64,000 nt of DNA from Nitrospirota bacterium (GCA_016180645.1 JACPAV010000008.1:1-64000); one strand, 5' to 3'. Positions 19,937 to 29,898 are shown, counted from the first letter of the stretch. Notes: a model not told the origin generated them from the letters alone. Translations and numbers: made by a program.

Positions 19937-21879
19937 TAATCACCTCCATTTGATGCAAATGTGACCACGAACTCCGAACCGCCTCCAGCCCGGGGTTGCA
20001 CCCAGGCCGAACCTCCATGGCGCCGGGCGATCTCGCGCACGATGGCCAGACCCGCGCCGGTGCCGTCGATTTCCCGGCCCACGCCCCGTTGAAAGAGTTG
20101 AAAGATGCGGTCCATCTGCTCAGCCGGCACTCCGGGGCCGCGGTCGCGGACCACGACTCCTATGGACCCGGCGCCGCCGTTCGTGCCCGCGTAACCCGCC
20201 ACTTCGATGTCCGGAGACACCCCGCTGACCGTGAACTTCAGGGCGTTCTCGACCAGGTTGTAGAGCGCCTCGACGGCCCAGGCTTTTTCCACGCGCAGCC
20301 GCGGCAAATCGTCGGCAATACGGACGCGGGCCTTCGTCTGCCGGATCCGCATATCCAGCCGGCTGATGGCTTCCGAAACCACGAGCCGGGCGTCCACTTC
20401 CTCCATCGATGCTTCCATCCGGCGGACCCTCGACAGCACAAGGATATCGTTGAGCAGCTCGCTCATCCGGCCCGCGCCCCGGACCACCCGATTCAAGAAA
20501 TCCTTTCCTTTCTCATCCACCTCCGAACCGTACCGATCGCGGACGAGTCTCGAAAAGTTCTCGATCGCCCGGAGCGGTTCCTTGAGGTCGTGAGAAATCA
20601 CATACAGGAGCGTCTCGAGATCGCGGTTCACCTGCGAGAGTTCGTTTGTCCGCTCCTCCACCCGCTCCTCCAGTTCGTCATGAGCGGCCTTGAGTTTCAG
20701 ATGCGCCTTGGCCAGGGCCTGCTCGATCTGCATCCGCTCCGTGATGTCATGACAGATAACCACGGCGTGGCTCACGTTTCCCCGCCCATCGAAATAGGGG
20801 TGATAGGACACGTCGAAACTCCGGATGCCCAGCGCCGGGAACGGGAAAGACGCCTCATAGGTCACTTCATTCCCCGCAAAGCAGGTGTCGAACTTCGGCT
20901 TCAGCGTCGTTTCAAAAAGCTCCCTGCCCCACACGTCCTCCGCCGTCCGCCCCACAATCTCCTCGCGCCGCCTGCCGTGGGCAAAGCAATACGCGTCGTT
21001 CACCGCTTCATACGTGTAGCTTCGGTCCACCAGGGTCATGAAGGTCTCGCTGGTGTTGACGATGAATTCGTATTTCTGGCGGGCGTCCTCCAGATGCTTG
21101 CGCGCGGTGATGTCCCGAATGATCGCCGTGAATGCCTTGGGGTCGCCTCGTTCATCTCGAACGAGCGAAGCGTCCAATTCGGCGGAGTACCGGGATCCGT
21201 CCTGACGGAGCAGGGTGTATTCGCGATTGCGGACGACTCCCGTCTGGAGCGTCACCATCATGCCCTCGCGGGCCGACAGGTGGTCTTCGGGCGCGATCAG
21301 GTCGAAGGCGTTCTTCCCCAGTAATGCCTCGGGTCGGTCGAATCCGCCATTCACGGCGGCCTGACGGTTGGAGAGAATGATCTTCGGCTCAAGGTCGGTC
21401 ATGACGATGGCGTCCGGGCACGTCTCGATGATGCTGCGGAACCGTTGTTCGCTCTCGCGGAGCGCTTCCAAGGCAGACTGCCGTTCCGCCGCATAGCGGA
21501 CCGCCCTTTGGAGGAGTCCCGGAGTCAAATCGGTCTTGACGAGGTAGTCCTGCGCGCCTTCGTGGACGGCCTGCACCGCCAGTTGGTCGTCCTGCACTCC
21601 CGTCAGCACGATGATCGGGACATGCGGTACCACGGAACGCAGTTTCAGAAATGTCGGAAGGCCCTGGCTGTCGGGCAGCGTGAGGTCGAGCAGAATGACG
21701 TCGATTCCTCCCTCCGCGGCGCGCCGGATCCCCTTCATGAGCGATTCGGCCCAGGCCCACTCGAACGGAGGCGTGCCCGTGGAACGATCGGCATATTGGG
21801 AGGCGAACGTATCCCGGATCCAACGCGCATCCGCCTCGCTGTCTTCGATCAGGAGAATCCGGACGGTCTTCTGGTCCAC
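19936..21879 (-). CDS. Hybrid sensor kinase REC-PAS-PAS-HisKA-HATPase
   Basis: ILLIEDS, two PAS/PAC domains, ISHDLKEPLR, NLVENALKF, DRGPGV, GTGAGLAI; GTG start inferred. Confidence 0.88.
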   Translation of the reverse strand: MDQKTVRILLIEDSEADARWIRDTFASQYADRSTGTPPFEWAWAESLMKGIRRAAEGGIDVILLDLTLPDSQGLPTFLKLRSVVPHVPIIVLTGVQDDQLAVQAVHEGAQDYLVKTDLTPGLLQRAVRYAAERQSALEALRESEQRFRSIIETCPDAIVMTDLEPKIILSNRQAAVNGGFDRPEALLGKNAFDLIAPEDHLSAREGMMVTLQTGVVRNREYTLLRQDGSRYSAELDASLVRDERGDPKAFTAIIRDITARKHLEDARQKYEFIVNTSETFMTLVDRSYTYEAVNDAYCFAHGRRREEIVGRTAEDVWGRELFETTLKPKFDTCFAGNEVTYEASFPFPALGIRSFDVSYHPYFDGRGNVSHAVVICHDITERMQIEQALAKAHLKLKAAHDELEERVEERTNELSQVNRDLETLLYVISHDLKEPLRAIENFSRLVRDRYGSEVDEKGKDFLNRVVRGAGRMSELLNDILVLSRVRRMEASMEEVDARLVVSEAISRLDMRIRQTKARVRIADDLPRLRVEKAWAVEALYNLVENALKFTVSGVSPDIEVAGYAGTNGGAGSIGVVVRDRGPGVPAEQMDRIFQLFQRGVGREIDGTGAGLAIVREIARRHGGSAWVQPRAGGGSEFVVTFASNGGD

Positions 21880-21890
21880 GTTCGCGCTCC

Positions 21891-22343
21891 TCAATTTTGC
21901 TTCGCGTGGGCCTCGGCAGGCACCGCGGCCGCGAGTCCCCAATAGAGGGCCACCTGTTTCATGACCCGCACGAAGTTCTTGTATCGATACGGCTTGGTGA
22001 TAAACGTGCTCGCCCCTTCGGAGTAGGAGCGGACCACGTCCTCCTCGCGATCACTGGACGTCAGGATTAAAACGGGGATGGACCTGAGGTCCGGGTCGGC
22101 CTTGAGTTCCCGGAGAACTTCGAAGCCGTCCATTTTCGGCATGTTGATATCCAGCAGAAGGAGATTGGGACGAGGCGCTCCCCGGAACCGGCCATCGCGC
22201 CGGAGATAGGACATCGTTTCTTCTCCGTCGCGCACGACGTCGAGAAGGTGCGCCAGGCGAGTGGCCTGGAATGCCTCCCGGACTATGAGCGCGTCGTCCT
22301 CGTTGTCCTCCACGAGAAGAACTCGGACCGCGGGGCTATACAT
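21891..22343 (-). CDS. Single-domain response regulator (Rcp1-like)
   Basis: LLVEDNEDD, LLDINMPKMDG, LTSSDREEDV, FITKP. Confidence 0.9.
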   Translation of the reverse strand: MYSPAVRVLLVEDNEDDALIVREAFQATRLAHLLDVVRDGEETMSYLRRDGRFRGAPRPNLLLLDINMPKMDGFEVLRELKADPDLRSIPVLILTSSDREEDVVRSYSEGASTFITKPYRYKNFVRVMKQVALYWGLAAAVPAEAHAKQN

Positions 22344-23040
22344 TCGGACCTCCTTTGCTCCGCCCTCCGAAACCTTCCTTCGACTCCGACAAATCCCCCG
22401 TGCCACCTGCCGCCGCCTCGATGGCATGGCGAGGGAGCACTCGATCGAGAAGCTCCCCCAGCGCCTCGGGTTCGAACGGCTTGAAAAAAACATCCATGGC
22501 GCCCGCCGATTTGAGCGCCTCCACGTCCCGCCGCTCGCGATAGGCCGTGAGGCCCACCACCCGCGAGGATGCGGTCGCCGGATCGGCCCGCAGCATCCTG
22601 CACACCTCGATGCCGTCCATTCCGGGCATCCGGATATCCAGGAGAATCAGCGCCGGTGCCGTCGAGCGGACAAGAACTCCGGCCTTGAAGCCGCTGTCGG
22701 CCGCAAGCACCTTCAGGTCCGGACGCATGCCCCGGATCCGAACGGCGAGCGTTTCAAGCACATCCGGCTCGTCGTCGATCACCAGCACCGTCCGACTGGA
22801 AACCGGGATCTCACCCAGCAGCGGCAATCCTTTCGCGTGGGCCATTTCAACCAAGTCCCGCATCTGGATTCGCCGATGCCCACCCAAGGTTCTGTGGGCG
22901 GGGATATCGCCGGAATCGATCCATCGCTGAACTGTAGACAATCCGACGCCAAGGAGTTGTGCCGCGTGGCGAGTTCCTATAAGGGATTCTTTTCCATCAC
23001 GTGTGGACAGACCCCCGTTGCCCATGTTTGAATCTCTCAT
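22336..23040 (-). CDS. Excisionase-like HTH (HTH_17) fused to REC
   Basis: AAQLLGVGLSTVQRWIDSGDIPAHRTLGGHRRI followed by a REC domain. Confidence 0.88.
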   Translation of the reverse strand: MRDSNMGNGGLSTRDGKESLIGTRHAAQLLGVGLSTVQRWIDSGDIPAHRTLGGHRRIQMRDLVEMAHAKGLPLLGEIPVSSRTVLVIDDEPDVLETLAVRIRGMRPDLKVLAADSGFKAGVLVRSTAPALILLDIRMPGMDGIEVCRMLRADPATASSRVVGLTAYRERRDVEALKSAGAMDVFFKPFEPEALGELLDRVLPRHAIEAAAGGTGDLSESKEGFGGRSKGGPNV

Positions 23041-23104
23041 TTAGCCCCTTGCCTCATCTAACCCCCTTGGCCTGTTGGTTTGGCCAAGATGACTGTCTTG
23101 AACG

Positions 23105-23133
23105 ATTCTAGGCTTGTGGACTGCGCGTGTCAA
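23105..23133 (-). promoter_or_regulatory. Near-consensus sigma70 promoter for the signalling operon
   Basis: Minus strand TTGACA-N17-TAGAAT; AT-rich tract upstream at 23154-23192. Confidence 0.7.
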
Positions 23134-23195
23134 GGTAGGACAGATGCCCAGGCATGTATTGTAACATATTATTAATAGTACGTAATATTTACTCG

Positions 23196-23248
23196 GTAGG
23201 CGCGGGCTTCAGCCCGCGTCCGGAACGCAGCCTGAAGGCTGCGGCTAC
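23196..23248. repeat. GTAG-REP doublet, family 2
   Basis: GTAGGCGCGGGCTTCAGCCCGCG...CGCAGCCTGAAGGCTGCGGCTAC. Confidence 0.85.
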
Positions 23249-23263
23249 CAGGATTGGAGTTCC

Positions 23264-23355
23264 GTCATTCCGGCGAAGGCCGGAATCCAGAGTGGCCATG
23301 AGGCCTGGACCCCGGCCGGAGTTCACCCCGTAGCTTCATACGGGGCCGGGGTGAC
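23264..23355. repeat. GTCATTCC-type palindromic element with nested hairpin
   Basis: GTCATTCCGGCGAAGGCCGGAATCCAG...CTGGACCCCGGC...GCCGGGGTGAC. Confidence 0.7.
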
Positions 23356-23451
23356 AAGCAAACAGAGATTTCTCTTTCGGACACACCTCCTTCGTCACAA
23401 TCTGATTCCGGTCAATGTTCCCCGCTGAATCTCTGGCACAGTGGCAATTCG

Positions 23452-24564
23452 ATGCCCGAACGGTCAGAAGACTCACCAAGACCGCCAAGTCGCAGCGCCG
23501 TCATGGCGGAGGCCCGAAATCGGAATCAGAAAATCGCCGCCGTGATGCCGTATCACTACCCGAGAGCTCTCCTGCGCGCCCACGGAATCCACCCGATCGA
23601 AGTGTGGGGGCCGCCCGGCGTCGATTCCTCAGCCGGCAATCAACATTTTCAGGCCTATACCTGCGCGCTCGTTCGCCAGGCGGCGTCCTTCCTCATCGGC
23701 CAGGGACCGGGCATGATCGATCTTGTCCTCATCCCCCACAACTGCGATGCCCTCCAGGGCATGGGATCGGTCCTTCGTGATTTCGCGGGACTGCCCTCTC
23801 CCGTCCTCACCGTCTACCTCCCGAAGGGACGGCGCGAGGCCGACCTTCAGTATCTTTCCAAGGAACTCCGTCGTCTCGCTACGGTCCTGGGGGAAATCTC
23901 CGGCCGTTCGCCCTCGGACACCGAACTCTGCGAGGCCATCGCCATCGAGTCGGCCGCTGACGAGGTTTTTTCCGACGCCTGTCTCCATCGTCGTCGCTAT
24001 CCGGTGAGCGATCGCACGTTTTACCAAGCCCTCCGATCGCGCGAGTACCTTCCACCCGGCCAGTTTGTGGAATTCTTCCGATCTCTGCCCGCGAACCCCC
24101 AGGATGGAGATCCCGTCCCCTCCAGAGTCAAACTCCTCCTCAGCGGCATTGTTCCGGAACCGATGGACCTCTTCGACAGGCTGAATGAAATGGGCGCCGA
24201 GGTGGTATCGGATGACCTCGCCTGTGGAAGCCGGCGCCTCTACCGCACTCCTCATAACGGACCCCAGGATCCGTACGACCTGATGGCCGCGACGCTCATG
24301 GGCGTCCCACCCGATCCCATTTCCGGAGCCCCGATCCCGGACCGCATCGAATACCTGCTCGCCCGCGTTCGCGAAAGCGGCGCCCGCGGCGTGCTGGTGT
24401 ACGACGTCAAATTCTGCGAACCGGAGCTGTTCGATCTCCCGCAGGTGCGCGACGCCCTCACGTCCGCCGGGTTTCCCTTCTTGTATGTGGAGCACGAGTT
24501 GGGCGCCACCCTTTCCGGCCAGGCCCTGACTCGAATGGAAGCCTTCGTGGAGATGCTCCGATGA
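23452..24564 (+). CDS. 2-hydroxyacyl-CoA dehydratase / benzoyl-CoA reductase family subunit
   Basis: PHNCDALQ, DDLACGSR, KFCEPELFD, TRMEAFVEML. Confidence 0.85.
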   Translation: MPERSEDSPRPPSRSAVMAEARNRNQKIAAVMPYHYPRALLRAHGIHPIEVWGPPGVDSSAGNQHFQAYTCALVRQAASFLIGQGPGMIDLVLIPHNCDALQGMGSVLRDFAGLPSPVLTVYLPKGRREADLQYLSKELRRLATVLGEISGRSPSDTELCEAIAIESAADEVFSDACLHRRRYPVSDRTFYQALRSREYLPPGQFVEFFRSLPANPQDGDPVPSRVKLLLSGIVPEPMDLFDRLNEMGAEVVSDDLACGSRRLYRTPHNGPQDPYDLMAATLMGVPPDPISGAPIPDRIEYLLARVRESGARGVLVYDVKFCEPELFDLPQVRDALTSAGFPFLYVEHELGATLSGQALTRMEAFVEMLR

Positions 24565-25946
24565 ACCCACCACCCCCTCCCCCGTCTCAGATCTCAAATA
24601 TCGAACCTCGGAAAAGTGGCGGCCTGAGCCTGATCTCGGTCGCCTCCTACGTGTTCAACTATCAACTCGTGGGAAAACCATTCCTCGCGTATCAACGGCA
24701 TCAGGATGAGCGCAAACTCAAGGCCCTGAAACAGAAACCCCAACAGCTCCTGGCCCCGCCGCTCGTACGCACCGCACGCATGAAAGAGATGATGTCCAGA
24801 CACTACCTCCAGGCGCGATACGCAAACGGCGTTCGGAAAGTCGCCTGGGTCACTTCGGGAGCGCCCGTGGAAATTCTCCAGGCGCTCGGATTCGTCCTCA
24901 TCTATCCCGAAAACCACGCCGCGTTGTGCGGCGCCCGGAAGAAAGCGGAGGAGATTTGCACGGAGGCCGAAAACGCAGGGTACTCACGCGACCTCTGCTC
25001 CTATGCCCGGACCGATCTCGGCACCCTGCTTTCCGGCAAAACCATTGTCGGCCGGCTGCCGAGACCGGACCTCCTCCTCTGCTGCAACAACATCTGTCAG
25101 ACCGTGCATCTGTGGTACCGGGTACTGGCCTCTCGGATGAAGGTTCCCCTCGTCCTCATCGACACTCCTTTTCTCTACGAACCCGCCCAGCCCCACCAGA
25201 TCGAATTCGTGAAGCGCCAGATCGAGGAGATGATCCCCGTGGCCGAGCGCGTGGCGGGGAAATCCCTCTCGATGGCCCGCCTCAAAGAGGTGGCCCGGTA
25301 CAGCAAGGATGCCGCCGAGTTGTGGCTGGAGATTCTCAACCGGGGCCGCCAGAAGCCCTCTCCCATCACGGCGTTCGACGGATTCACGAACATGGGGCCC
25401 ATCGTCGATCTGCGCGGAGAGGCCGAGACGGTCGAATTTTATCGGAGCCTGCTTGAGGAAATCGACGAGCGGATCGCCGCCGGCATTCCCGCCGTCAAAG
25501 GCGAAAAATATCGGGTCCTTTGGGACAACCTCCCCATCTGGTATCGAATGGGATGGCTCTCCAAGACGCTCGGCAAGCAGGGCATCAACCTCGTGGCCTC
25601 CGACTACACCTATGCCTGGGGTGAACTCGCGCCCATGATGGACGTGGAAAAACCTCTGGACACGGCGGCCCGCGTCTATCTCCATCCGATTCTCAATCGG
25701 TCGACGGGGGACAAACTCCGCTCGATGAAACGGATGGTCAAGGATTTCGACCTCCACGGGGTGATCCTTCACTCCGACCGGTCCTGCAAACCCTATTCCC
25801 TGGGCCAGATCGACCAGCGCGACCGCCTCACCAAGGATCTCGGTCTTGCGGCCGTTCTCCTCGAAGCCGACCACAATGATCCCCGCGCTTTCTCCGAGGA
25901 ACAGGCGCTCGGCCGCATCGAAGCTTTCGCGGAGATGCTGCACTGA
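24561..25946 (+). CDS. 2-hydroxyacyl-CoA dehydratase family subunit
   Basis: YPENHAA, GYSRDLCSYAR, NNICQT, HSDRSCKP, EADHNDPR, RIEAFAEML. Confidence 0.88.
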   Translation: MNPPPPPPSQISNIEPRKSGGLSLISVASYVFNYQLVGKPFLAYQRHQDERKLKALKQKPQQLLAPPLVRTARMKEMMSRHYLQARYANGVRKVAWVTSGAPVEILQALGFVLIYPENHAALCGARKKAEEICTEAENAGYSRDLCSYARTDLGTLLSGKTIVGRLPRPDLLLCCNNICQTVHLWYRVLASRMKVPLVLIDTPFLYEPAQPHQIEFVKRQIEEMIPVAERVAGKSLSMARLKEVARYSKDAAELWLEILNRGRQKPSPITAFDGFTNMGPIVDLRGEAETVEFYRSLLEEIDERIAAGIPAVKGEKYRVLWDNLPIWYRMGWLSKTLGKQGINLVASDYTYAWGELAPMMDVEKPLDTAARVYLHPILNRSTGDKLRSMKRMVKDFDLHGVILHSDRSCKPYSLGQIDQRDRLTKDLGLAAVLLEADHNDPRAFSEEQALGRIEAFAEMLH

Positions 25947-26758
25947 TCTCGGCCGGCATCGCCGCGGTCGGAATCGATTCCGGATCCACTACCTGCAAAC
26001 TCGTGGCGGTGGATTCCACGGGCGCCATCGTCGGGTCCCGGCTGGAAACGGCTCTCCCACGGATCGAGGATCAGACGTCCGATCTTCTCGATGCCATGGC
26101 GGCCTCCCTCCACTTCGAAGTCGCCTCCATTCCCGTCGTCGCCACCGGCTACGGCCGGAAACTCGTCCGCCGGGCGTCGCGCCAGGTCACTGAAATCACG
26201 TGCCACGCGCGCGGGGTCTTTGAATTGCTCAAGCACGAGGGCACCCTGGTGGACGTCGGTGGACAGGACAGCAAGGTCATCGTCATCGGTCCGCAGGGGC
26301 GCGTCATCGATTTTACGATGAACGACAAGTGCGCGGCCGGAACGGGGCGATTCTTGGAACACACGGCCGCAAGACTCGGCGTGAACCTCGAGGAAATCGG
26401 CCCACGTGCCTTGGGGGCGCCTCGCGAAGAAGCCATCACCAGCACGTGCACCGTGTTCGCGGAGTCGGAGATCATCTCTCTCCTGGCCCACAACGTGGAA
26501 ATTGGACCGATTCTCAAAGGGCTTCACCGTTCTCTCGTCAGCCGCGTGAGCGCCATGGTTCGCGCGGTCGGGATTCGGCCTCCACTCATGCTTTCAGGGG
26601 GAGTCGCCCGAAACGACGCCTTTCGTGTAATGCTCGGCGACACTCTCGAACAGCCGGTCCAGCTCCCGGATGAGCCGCAGCTCATGGGGGCCTTCGGCGC
26701 CGCCCTGCTCGGCTTGAGTTTTTCTGCCGTAGGCGCAGGCTTCAGCCTGCGAGAATGA
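25943..26758 (+). CDS. Acyl-CoA dehydratase activase (BadF/BadG/BcrA/BcrD ATPase)
   Basis: GIDSGSTTCK upstream of the ORF-track start, ATGYGR, EITCHARG, DVGGQDSK, MNDKCAAGTGRF, STCTVFAESE; CTG start inferred. Confidence 0.9.
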   Translation: MISAGIAAVGIDSGSTTCKLVAVDSTGAIVGSRLETALPRIEDQTSDLLDAMAASLHFEVASIPVVATGYGRKLVRRASRQVTEITCHARGVFELLKHEGTLVDVGGQDSKVIVIGPQGRVIDFTMNDKCAAGTGRFLEHTAARLGVNLEEIGPRALGAPREEAITSTCTVFAESEIISLLAHNVEIGPILKGLHRSLVSRVSAMVRAVGIRPPLMLSGGVARNDAFRVMLGDTLEQPVQLPDEPQLMGAFGAALLGLSFSAVGAGFSLRE

Positions 26759-26782
26759 GCGCGGCCTGAAGGCCGCGGCTAC
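26729..26782. repeat. GTAG-REP doublet, family 2, overlapping the activase 3' end
   Basis: GTAGGCGCAGGCTTCAGCCTGCG...CGCGGCCTGAAGGCCGCGGCTAC. Confidence 0.85.
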
Positions 26783-26829
26783 CCGTGACAAATGGGGACA
26801 TTCTGCTTTTCCGGGTATATGATCGCTCC

Positions 26830-27516
26830 ATGACCCCCGCTGTAAATCTCGACGCGTACCTCAGCGGTACGTTTTACATCGACACGGATCACCCGCAAGT
26901 CCGCGCATTCGCCATGGACACCGTCGCCGGAATCCAATCCGTTTCCGAGAGGGCGGTGAAACTTTTCTACGCCGTCCGCGATTCCATCCGCTACGACCCC
27001 TACTCGCTTCGGCCCAACCCCGAGTGTTTCAAAGCCAGCACCGTGCTCGAGGCCGGGGCGTCCTTCTGCGTCCCCAAGGCCGTCCTCCTCGCCGCCGCCG
27101 CCCGTGTCGTCGGCATTCCGGCCCGGCTCGGGTTCGCCGATGTGCGGAATCACCTGGCCACAAAGAAACTTCTGGACCGCCTCGGCTCGGACCTCTTCAT
27201 CTTTCACGGCTTCACCGAACTGTTTCTTGCCGACCGCTGGGTCAAGGCCACGCCCACGTTCAATCTCGCTCTTTGCGAGAAGTTCGGCGTGAAGGCACTC
27301 GACTTCGACGGCGCACATGACTCCCTCTTCCACGCCTTCGACAAGGAGGGCAAGAAGTTCATGGAATACGTGCGGTACCGCGGTTCGTACGCGGACGTGC
27401 CCTTGGACGAAATGTTCGCTGAATTCCAGCGGGCCTACCCCGGCTTTGCGGAACGCTTCCTTGCGCAGCAAGGCGCCGCTCGCGACTTCGATTTCGAGAA
27501 AGAAATCGACCGGTAG
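26830..27516 (+). CDS. Transglutaminase-like cysteine protease family protein
   Basis: FYAVRDSIRYDPY, CVPKAVLLAA, GFADVRNHL, FHGFTE, WVKATP. Confidence 0.88.
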   Translation: MTPAVNLDAYLSGTFYIDTDHPQVRAFAMDTVAGIQSVSERAVKLFYAVRDSIRYDPYSLRPNPECFKASTVLEAGASFCVPKAVLLAAAARVVGIPARLGFADVRNHLATKKLLDRLGSDLFIFHGFTELFLADRWVKATPTFNLALCEKFGVKALDFDGAHDSLFHAFDKEGKKFMEYVRYRGSYADVPLDEMFAEFQRAYPGFAERFLAQQGAARDFDFEKEIDR

Positions 27517-27524
27517 CCGGCCGG

Positions 27525-28316
27525 TCACTCCCCCGTAAAAACAGCCTTCCGCTTCTGGATGAAAGCCGAGACCCCTTCGACGACATCTTTCGACGCGTAA
27601 AGCCGTTCGACCTCCTCGCGCTCCATGGCCGTCGAATTTGCCAGTGGAAGCAGGACACCGTCCGACACGACTTTCAACACCGAGCGGACCGCCCGTGGAG
27701 GCAAAGACGCAAGATGCTCGGCGAATTCCATGGTCTTGGCCTTGAACTCAGCCGCCTCGAATATGGCCGTGGCAAGGCCCCACTCCAGCGCCTCCGCAGC
27801 CGCTATCGGCCTGGCCCTTACCAGCGCATCGAGGGCGCGGGGCCGCCCCACCAGTCGAGGCAGAATGGAAGTTCCACCCCACGCCGGAAACAATCCCAGG
27901 TCCATTTCCTTCCACCACAGCGAGGCCGTGGATGCCATGATTCGGAAGTGACAGGCCACGGCCAATTCGGCGGATCCCCCGATCGCGGTTCCGTTCAAGG
28001 CGGCCACGATCGGCTTGGGGAAATGGAACATCGATTCGATCAGGGCGTGGCGGTTCCGAATCATCTCCAAGGTGCGGCCTTCCGCGGCAATTTGCGGCCA
28101 TTCCTTGATGTTGGCCCCGACGCTGAAATACTCCATCCCCGAGCTGGCCAGCACGACACATCGGATCCCCTTGTCCTCCCGAGCCTTCCTGAGGGACGTG
28201 TCCAGCGCGTCCATCACGGCCTCGGACAGGGGATTGCGAGGCGGGTTGTTCAAGGTCAGCACGAGCGCCTTCCCGTCGCATTCCCGATGTTGGGCAATGA
28301 GAGGTCGATCCGTCAT
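27525..28316 (-). CDS. Enoyl-CoA hydratase/isomerase family protein
   Basis: FSVGANIKE, KPIVAALNGTAIGGSAELAVACHFRI, EGVSAFIQKR. Confidence 0.9.
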   Translation of the reverse strand: MTDRPLIAQHRECDGKALVLTLNNPPRNPLSEAVMDALDTSLRKAREDKGIRCVVLASSGMEYFSVGANIKEWPQIAAEGRTLEMIRNRHALIESMFHFPKPIVAALNGTAIGGSAELAVACHFRIMASTASLWWKEMDLGLFPAWGGTSILPRLVGRPRALDALVRARPIAAAEALEWGLATAIFEAAEFKAKTMEFAEHLASLPPRAVRSVLKVVSDGVLLPLANSTAMEREEVERLYASKDVVEGVSAFIQKRKAVFTGE

Positions 28317-28384
28317 CGGTCTAACCTAGTGCGGTTTGGCATCTATCAGCACCATCGATCTCTCCCAGGGATCCGTCGGAGAAG

Positions 28385-28498
28385 CGGAGAGGGTGGGATC
28401 CTGAAACGGCAATCCTGCCGTTTCCCAGCATCCCTGTGGAGGTCGCACATCCAGTGCTCCCTGAAGATCTCTCCGCTTGACTTCGCGGACTTGTCAAT
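28385..28498 (-). repeat. tRNA 3'-linked unit ending in a duplicate of the tRNA-Ser 3' end
   Basis: Minus strand ends ATCCCACCCTCTCCG, identical to the tRNA 3' end; GGA-loop hairpins inside. Confidence 0.75.
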
Positions 28499-28584
<86 letters not shown>

Positions 28585-28665
28585 AAATGTGCGCCTGACG
28601 GCGCGAGGCCATCCTGGCCTCGATGGTGCGCGACCGCACCGTCCTGGCTGGTCACGCACCTCTCC
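28585..28665 (-). repeat. tRNA 5'-linked unit starting with a duplicate of the tRNA-Ser 5' end
   Basis: Minus strand GGAGAGGTGCGTGA (tRNA nt 1-14) followed by CCAGCCAGGACGGTGCGG. Confidence 0.75.
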
Positions 28666-28718
28666 GACCGAACATGGATCGTGAATTGTGAATCGTGAAT
28701 CGTCAAGAGGCGGCCGCT

Positions 28719-29888
28719 TCACTCGAACGCCGGAATGCCGGTGAGCTCCTGACCGACGATCAACGTGTGGATGTTGTGCGTCCCCTCGTACGTTTTCACC
28801 GTTTCGAGGTTCATCAGATGCCTGATGGTTTGGTACTCGTCGAGGATACCGTTCGCTCCGAGGATGTCCCGCGCCATGCGGGCCACGTCCAGCGCGATAT
28901 TCACGTTGTTCATCTTGGCCAGCGACACATGCACGGGCCGGGAAACCCCATCCGCTCGCAATTGGGCCAGGCGTCTCAGGAGGAGCTCGGCCTTCGTGAT
29001 CTCGTTGGCCATCCAGACGAGTTTTTCCTGAATGAGCTGGTGCCCCGCGATTGGCTTCGAGAATTGAATACGGGTCTTGGCATAACCGAGGGCCTCCTCG
29101 AAACAGGCCTTGGCGGCCCCGATGGCGCCCCAGGCGATTCCATAGCGGGCCTGGTTCAAGCAACTCAGCGCCGACTTCAGTCCCTCGGACTTCGGCAAGA
29201 TCGCCTCCTCCGGCACGCGGACGTCATCCAGCGCCAATTCCGATGTCACGGACGCCCGCATCGAGAACTTCCCGTGCATGTCGCGCGCCGTGAAGCCCGG
29301 CGTCCCTCTGTCCACGAGAAATCCCCGGATGCTCTCTTGTGACTTGTCTATCTTGGCCCACACGACGGCCACGTCGGCCAGCGTGCCGTTCGTGATCCAC
29401 ATCTTCGCCCCATTCAGGAGAAAACCCCCGGAGGTCTTTCTTGCCGTCGTCCTCATCCCGGCGGGGTTCGACCCGAAATCCGGCTCGGTGAGGCCGAAGC
29501 ACGCGAATTTCTCCGCACGCGCCAGACGGGGAAGCCAGGCCGTCTTCTGTTCCTCGGAACCGAACTGGTGGATGGCCGTCATGCACAGTGAGCTCTGCAC
29601 CGAGACGAAGCTCCGCAGTCCCGAGTCACCCCGCTCCAGCTCCTGCATCATGAGACCGTAGGCCAGCGGACCGAAGCCCGGGCAGCCATATCCTTTCAAG
29701 TGCGCGCCGAAAATCCCCAACTCCGCCATCTGGGGTGCGACCGACATGGGAAAAGTGCCTGCACGATGATGGTCCCGAACGATCGGCATGAAATCCCGCT
29801 TCACGAATTCGCGAACGGCATCCCGAACCGATCGCTCTTCCGGCGTACCCAGATCATCCAGGCGATAGAGATCCAGCGGATTTTCCAT
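28719..29888 (-). CDS. Acyl-CoA dehydrogenase (glutaryl-CoA dehydrogenase-like)
   Basis: ELERGDSGLRSFVSVQSSL, CFGLTEPDFGSNP, NGAKMWITNG, TYEGTHNIH. Confidence 0.9.
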   Translation of the reverse strand: MENPLDLYRLDDLGTPEERSVRDAVREFVKRDFMPIVRDHHRAGTFPMSVAPQMAELGIFGAHLKGYGCPGFGPLAYGLMMQELERGDSGLRSFVSVQSSLCMTAIHQFGSEEQKTAWLPRLARAEKFACFGLTEPDFGSNPAGMRTTARKTSGGFLLNGAKMWITNGTLADVAVVWAKIDKSQESIRGFLVDRGTPGFTARDMHGKFSMRASVTSELALDDVRVPEEAILPKSEGLKSALSCLNQARYGIAWGAIGAAKACFEEALGYAKTRIQFSKPIAGHQLIQEKLVWMANEITKAELLLRRLAQLRADGVSRPVHVSLAKMNNVNIALDVARMARDILGANGILDEYQTIRHLMNLETVKTYEGTHNIHTLIVGQELTGIPAFE

Positions 29889-29898
29889 TCGCCCTCTC

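Noticed and set aside
22336-23040. Phage excisionase marking a mobile element
   Set aside because: The HTH is fused to a REC domain within a signalling operon, with no integrase or phage genes.
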